From: Halocafeteria seosinensis
Lineage: Eukaryota
Assembly: GCA_001687465.1 (NCBI GenBank)
Contig: LVLI01000326.1
Location: forward strand, 56,973 to 76,972
Length of the DNA: 20,000 nucleotides
Reading direction: 5' to 3'
Shown here: positions 12,101 through 17,103 of the stretch, piece by piece
Layout: each line of letters starts with the position of its first letter
Numbering within the stretch: the first letter of the stretch is position 1
Notes under the pieces: generated by a model
Database searches by the model: none
Told to the model about the DNA's origin: nothing
Seen by the model: only the letters and a program-made list of their open reading frames with translations
Program-made: the position numbers and the translations under genes

Positions 12101-15100
12101 ACGCCGAATCGTGTCGCTGTTCACGACCATAGCATCACGATACGCGGCAACTGGTCGGGTGTGAAGGATCTATATCTCGCGGAGGCCTCAGATATAACAC
12201 TTTCTCAGTCATCCCATGACGGTACCTTTGAACTGGATTCCCTTACTATGGCAGGAGAATCGACACTTACCATTGCACGACATGAACAACCGTTGAGGGT
12301 TTCAGCGAATAACATCACGCTAATGGATCGCTCGCGTCTAAGCATCAACGTGCAAGACTCCTATCTGGAGTTTGACTCTAGAAACCTTTTCGCATGGGAT
12401 GATGTACAATTGGAACTATTTTCGTCCCAGGACTCTAAGGTTTCGATTGATCATTTATCGCTGAACACGCACAGTGAATTAAGGATGACTTCTGAGGCTA
12501 GTCTCCATTATGGTGGTCAGTGTATTGATTTGAGCGAGCGTGCTTACCTTAGTATTCAATGCGGTGTTTCATTTGTAGGTAACGTGACAGACATGCTTCT
12601 CGATGGTCGAAGCGAGTTGCACCTCGGCAGCGACAACAGTTACCTACGTAGCAGCGAATGGGCAATGACCAACTATTCATCGGTGAACTTTTCCAAAGAC
12701 TTGCGTGTGATGGCGGATTACTTTTTCCTTGGCTACCTGTCACACATTAACGGGAGCGCTCGTGGATATGGCGAATGTAAGGGACCGGGAGCGGCTACAG
12801 AACCAACCGTCGGCGGTTCTCATGGGGGAAGTGGGCATTTCGTGCTTTCGGAAGAACTTGCCTACGATAGCACATTCTTACCCCGGGAGCCAGGCAGTGC
12901 TGGGTGTAGCTCCTCCGGTAGCGTAGGAGCCGTGAGTGGCGGATCAGTTTTTACATTGAATGTCAGCGGAACCACTACCCTTCTGGGGACGATTGAACTT
13001 AATGGGGGCAATGCGCCCGTACCCATCTCCAAAAGTACTCTGTAAGTCACCTGATATGTGCCATGTATTTGATATTGCTTATTGTTGAATATGGTTGTTG
13101 CTACAGGGCTGGCGGCGGAGCTGGGGGCAGCTTGTTGCTGTCTACGAGCGTACTTAATCACAGCACTGGCATCATTACTGCTAGTGGTGGCAACGGTGTC
13201 GAGTCACCAAATGACAATGCAGTGTTCTCCAAAGGCGGTGGAGGTGGACGGATCGCAATCTACGCCGGGACCTCCATTCAAGAAGGCAGTAGTATTCTGA
13301 ATTATCTACTTGTCAAAACTGTGGGAGGAGCGGCAGGGGGTTACTCTTCAACTTCAGGATGTGACCGTCAAAGATCAGCACCAGGGAGTATTCTTTTTGA
13401 AGCGGTAGTGCCGACGATCAAGGGACTTATCGTCGACAACGGGCACACTGAAGATGGCTGTTGGTCGTTTGGGATTCTGAAAGACGCTGAGCTCTCGATA
13501 AGCTTCGATGAAGTGCACCTTGGTCCGTTTGTAGCCATGATGTGGAGTCCAGAGAACTCGAGAGAAAAAGCAAGAGAGATGTGGGTAGGCCGCGTAGTAG
13601 GAAACGGGCCTGGGAAGTGGAAAATAATAGATAATCAGATAGCACTTTTGGGATTGGCCAACCGGGAGACACATGGCATACCTGCTTCCGACAATAGTAT
13701 GTTTTCTCAGCCCTATACGTCGTCCCATTTGGTGCCCACCGCTGAACGTGAGTGGACTCAGTTGATATCTTCACTGTGTTCGATCGACGATGTTCAGCTT
13801 TCTTTAACACAAGTCTCACTAGATGTCAAAGACAGTGGGAAGTTGGTGACTCCTAAGAGAGTTGTGATTTCTTCCGTCAGCCTCAACATACAAGGATTCT
13901 GGGCTGGCGTTGACAAACTTACACTTAGCTGGGGTGCCAGCATAACGAAGAAACGACACCTACACGTAGAAAATGATTTTAGTCCTAGCTCTTTAACTAT
14001 GATGGGAAATTCATCACTTAGAGTATCATCCGAAGGGCGCGTGGAAGAAACTATCGAAAACATCACTATGCTCGATTCCAGCAGCGCTAAATTCGCAGTT
14101 GGGGGTGACATGCATTATGTGGGAGATAATTTGCTGTCTCGGGATGCAGCTAGTTTGACGATACAGGCTGCGCGTCTGAATGTTAGTCTTACTTCCATTG
14201 CGATGACAAACGGCTCTGTCGCCAACTTCTTGTCAGAGGATCAAGGGGTCTTCACTATGAAAAAGGCCACAATTGCTGGGGACGCCTTGCTTGATCTGGG
14301 GCGTAATCCGGAAGTGAGTGTATTACAGTCCACAAACATAATTGGGAAATCGAAACTTCGTGTGAAAGGTGTCGCCTCTGTTGCTTCAAACAATCTGTTC
14401 CTGGATCAGAATGCCGTCATCAACGGTAGCGCAGGAGGCCACTCTCCTTGTCACGGCCCTGCCTCCCCTTCATCCTCAACCAGCGGAGGGTCACATGGGG
14501 GAATTGGTAGCAACGAGTCCCCAAAAGAGTTAACGCTAGAAGACAGTGACAGTGGCACAGACAACACAGAAATATTTGGAAACGTCTTCAAACCTACAGT
14601 AGCGGGAAGTGGAAGCTGCGGAGCGGACAAATCTTCTGAAGGCGCACACGGGGGTGCCTCCATCCGACTAGATATTTCTGGAACCACTGAATTCTATGGA
14701 GCCGTTGACGTCAGTGGTGAGCATGCTGAGAATGCGGACAGGTTCAGTGTAGATGGGTAAGTCCACTCTCCAATCTGTTAAAACCGTTTCATCTCTTTTA
14801 CTCTGTTTTCAACGCAGAGCGGGTGGAGGCGCAGGAGGAAGTATTTGGATAGCAACACCAAAGTTCATGCGAGCAGCCGGTAGCCTTGTCGCTAACGGTG
14901 GAAAGGGTGCTCCTGGAAAGTCGAGTGGTCATGGCGGTGGTGGCGGCCGCATTGCAGTGTACTGTGATACTGTATATAGTGAACGCGGATTGGCTCTTGA
15001 TGTGTCAGAAATAATCCATTTTGAAGCATTCGGAGGCCTGATAGGAAATGATTCGCTTGACGATGTCCGCTCCGGTCCCGGAACTATCTATCACGCCTGT

Positions 15101-16870
15101 GGGCAAAACTCGTCTAAGACCCTTAAGGCAAAAGGAAACGTTGTAAATCCCAGTTCACCTCTTGCCTTTGCTATCGTCGCTGCTGATGAAAGAAAATGGG
15201 ATGTTATAGAGGTATATCAAAATGCGGCTATGCACTTCTTTCCTGCGTCCGCTGGTAGGCAGCCTCGCTTTCTCCTGGAAGAGGTTCGTGGAGATGGAAC
15301 TGCTGCTATTCAAGCTGGATTGGGAGTTAGCCTCGAATTCCCAAAATCAGAACAGTCTTATCACTTTAATGATACATCTTTTTCTATCGAGCTGAGAGAT
15401 GGAATAGAGCGGAAGATCTGGTCAGCTGAGCGACGGTTCATCGATGGTTTCATTCTTCGTGACTTTGATATGTTCTTGGAGTCTGGAGGAACGGTGTACT
15501 TTCCAGAAAACGTTCTATTGTGCGATAGTACTGTATCGAGCCGTTCATATGGATTTATTTCTGGACTGGAAAACGTAACCTTATGTTCAGATACTGGAGG
15601 AGAGCTGTTCAGTAATCTACAGATACGAGGCTGTACAGATCCATCTTACGAAAATTATAATCCTGCAGCAACTACAGAAGGAGAGTGTGAAGGGAGACGT
15701 GTCGAACGAGGTTGCACGTACTCGATAGCCAAGAACTTTGATCCTGATGCAACGGCAGACGATGGAACATGCTTACTTGGTCGCGAGGAAGTACAAGGAT
15801 GTACTTGCAGAGAGGGGATCAATTACAATCCAGATGCTACTATCAACGACGGCTCATGTGTCTGGCCCGTCTATGGATGCACGTATCCCCAGGCCGTAAA
15901 CTATAACCCGGATGCAGACCTTGAAGACGGAGAACAGTCGTGCAATTTCGGTCTGAGTGATTCGTTCCTGCAAAGGATTAACGAGAGCGAAGTTACTCTG
16001 GTGGAGCTCGAGCCCATTCTACAAGCGCTGGAGGCTGAGCTGGGAGTCCTACAGGAAGAACTACAAGCCGCCCTTAAAGAGAAAAACGAAACCCTTATGG
16101 ACTTCCTCGAGTTAGATTCAAAGAAGATGAGTTTGCTCGAACAGCAGAACAACACTCTGCAAGATATCGCTACAGCGGTACGAATTAGAGACGAAGCTCA
16201 GAATAACCTCAGCGAAGCCGAACAATTTCTCCGCAATTTGGAGACGGAATTGGACACTGAAGAAGAGGCCCTTCGAAAGCAGAAAGAGTACAACTCAAGA
16301 TTAGAACAGAAAATTCGAAATCTGGAGGCCTCGCCTGCACCTAAACCCCCAAAGTGCTTTGAACAAGCCGAGAAACAAGCTGTGGAGTTCGCAAAGGGTG
16401 AGTACATCGTAGAGAATTCTCAACGCGAAATTGACGTAGAACTCGTCCGCAAACGGTTGGACATCGACGAGTTTTCGATGAGTAACAATGGAGAAACATC
16501 AGTTCATGGAAGGGTGGCAACCCGTGTTTGGTCGAGGCCCCAAAATGCCAAGGAGGAGGTGGATTATGAGCCTCTGGATAAATTCTTGATCTGGCAACCT
16601 GGTGAAAAGTCAAAACACGTCTCTGTTTGCATTAAGTCTTTGTCTCTCTCCTCACAAAAGAACTTAACCTTCCAGTTAGAAGCAACATCATACGTGGGTG
16701 CAGATGAGTATATTGTCTTAGACCACAGCAAACCCATGTTGACTTTGGTTACCGTCAGAACGGATGACAGCTCTGATGTTGCCAACACTACGGAGATAGC
16801 TCCTCACGAAAACATATGGTGGGCGCACTGGATGCGGCGGATGAAAAGACGGGTCAAGTCCCAACAATGA
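1..16870 (+). CDS. Gene A: giant, probably extracellular, tandem-module protein, 5' truncated. Exons join(<1..124,191..1756,1829..3361,3424..6471,6537..8096,8158..9786,9847..11342,11410..13041,13107..14756,14818..16870), with one internal frameshift near 10352-10359
   Basis: Consecutive + strand ORFs are homologous (GGGAGG, NGG, GGRIAxxC, RSGxGT, GD..G.W, TP, G.W.G, GGSHGGxG, GSGxC, G.IDVSG). Each ends at a GTAAGT/GTACGT donor and resumes after a CAG 60-72 nt later. Manual splicing keeps the frame at all 9 junctions. Confidence 0.92.
125..190 (+). other. Spliceosomal intron, phase 2, 66 nt
   Basis: GTAAGT...TGCAG. Splicing gives ...SKNG-FGGGAGGG. Confidence 0.9.
191..1756 (+). CDS. Gene A exon, module 1 (1566 nt)
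   Basis: TGCAG acceptor ends at 190. Same frame as ORF 240..1760. GTAAGT donor at 1757. Confidence 0.9.
1757..1828 (+). other. Spliceosomal intron, phase 2, 72 nt
   Basis: GTAAGT...TTTGCAG. Splicing gives ...SYID-AGGGAGGS. Confidence 0.9.
1829..3361 (+). CDS. Gene A exon, module 2 (1533 nt)
   Basis: TGCAG acceptor ends at 1828. ORF 1815..3365. GTAAGT donor at 3362. Confidence 0.9.
3362..3423 (+). other. Spliceosomal intron, phase 2, 62 nt
   Basis: GTAAGT...TTTTTACAG. Explains the frame change between the flanking ORFs. Confidence 0.92.
3424..6471 (+). CDS. Gene A double-length exon, modules 3+4 (3048 nt)
   Basis: TACAG acceptor ends at 3423. ORF 3467..6475 holds two full motif sets joined near 4965. 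GTAAGT donor at 6472. Confidence 0.9.
6472..6536 (+). other. Spliceosomal intron, phase 2, 65 nt
   Basis: GTAAGT...TGCAG. Explains the frame change. Confidence 0.9.
6537..8096 (+). CDS. Gene A exon, module 5 (1560 nt)
   Basis: TGCAG acceptor ends at 6536. ORF 6571..8109. GTACGT donor at 8097. Confidence 0.88.
8097..8157 (+). other. Spliceosomal intron, phase 2, 61 nt
   Basis: GTACGT...CGCAG. Explains the frame change. Confidence 0.88.
8158..9786 (+). CDS. Gene A exon, module 6 (1629 nt)
   Basis: CGCAG acceptor ends at 8157. ORF 8216..9790. GTAAGT donor at 9787. Confidence 0.9.
9787..9846 (+). other. Spliceosomal intron, phase 2, 60 nt
   Basis: GTAAGT...TCCAG. Removes an in-frame TAA. Confidence 0.88.
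9847..11342 (+). CDS. Gene A exon, module 7 (1496 nt), frameshifted near 10352-10359
   Basis: TCCAG acceptor ends at 9846. The module is split between ORFs 9830..10363 and 10360..11346 in different frames. GTAAGT donor at 11343. Length is 3n+2, unlike all sister exons. Confidence 0.85.
11343..11409 (+). other. Spliceosomal intron, phase 2, 67 nt
   Basis: GTAAGT...TGCAG. Explains the frame change. Confidence 0.9.
11410..13041 (+). CDS. Gene A exon, module 8 (1632 nt)
   Basis: TGCAG acceptor ends at 11409. ORF 11312..13045. GTAAGT donor at 13042. Confidence 0.9.
13042..13106 (+). other. Spliceosomal intron, phase 2, 65 nt
   Basis: GTAAGT...TACAG. Explains the frame change. Confidence 0.9.
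13107..14756 (+). CDS. Gene A exon, module 9 (1650 nt)
   Basis: TACAG acceptor ends at 13106. ORF 13063..14760. GTAAGT donor at 14757. Confidence 0.9.
14757..14817 (+). other. Spliceosomal intron, phase 2, 61 nt
   Basis: GTAAGT, pyrimidine tract, CGCAG. Explains the frame change. Confidence 0.92.
14818..16870 (+). CDS. Gene A last exon: half-module, 4 GCT repeats, coiled coil, Calx-beta-like domain, Trp/Arg tail
   Basis: CGCAG acceptor ends at 14817. ORF 14753..16870 ends in TGA. Collinear similarity to the gene B C-terminus. Confidence 0.9.
15629..15943 (+). repeat. Four protein-level GCT-x5-N(Y/F)-x-P-x-A-x3-G-x-C-like repeats in gene A
   Basis: GCTDPSYENYNPAATTEGEC, GCTYSIAKNFDPDATADDGTC, GCTCREGINYNPDATINDGSC, GCTYPQAVNYNPDADLEDGEQSC. 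Confidence 0.9.
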
Positions 16871-16988
16871 AGCATTCTCGAAGTCTCTTGCAGTAGAGAA
16901 GGGACATAAAGTCCAGCCAACGTGCGTATTCGTAGCTTCGTGAGCATCTTGTTTATGCTTGCGCAACTGAACCAATGCTACATATCCA

Positions 16989-17011
16989 GAAGGACGTAAG
17001 TAACGTCCTTC
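16989..17011. repeat. Perfect 9-bp inverted repeat with a 5-nt loop, between the convergent genes
   Basis: GAAGGACGT-aagta-ACGTCCTTC. Confidence 0.8.
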
Positions 17012-17103
17012 ATAGTAAGTTTAGATTCGCTTACCAATTTGATTCTCGATCTATCAAAAATGTGTATATTTTTGGGTTCATAGTAGTTAGAGCATGACAT
17101 CAC

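Noticed and set aside
240..14760. Reading the large + strand ORFs as a prokaryote-style operon of separate ~500 aa paralogs
   Set aside because: The ORF starts are arbitrary or fall in introns. Every gap has a GT-AG intron at the same codon phase that restores one continuous frame.
9847..16870. Calling gene A a pseudogene
   Set aside because: There is only one lesion in more than 16 kb, all splice sites are intact and the C-terminus is conserved with gene B. An error or recent allele is at least as likely.
259..16975. Many 60-180 aa minus-strand and alternate-frame ORFs overlapping gene A
   Set aside because: They overlap a well-supported coding frame and show no recognisable motifs or conservation between modules.
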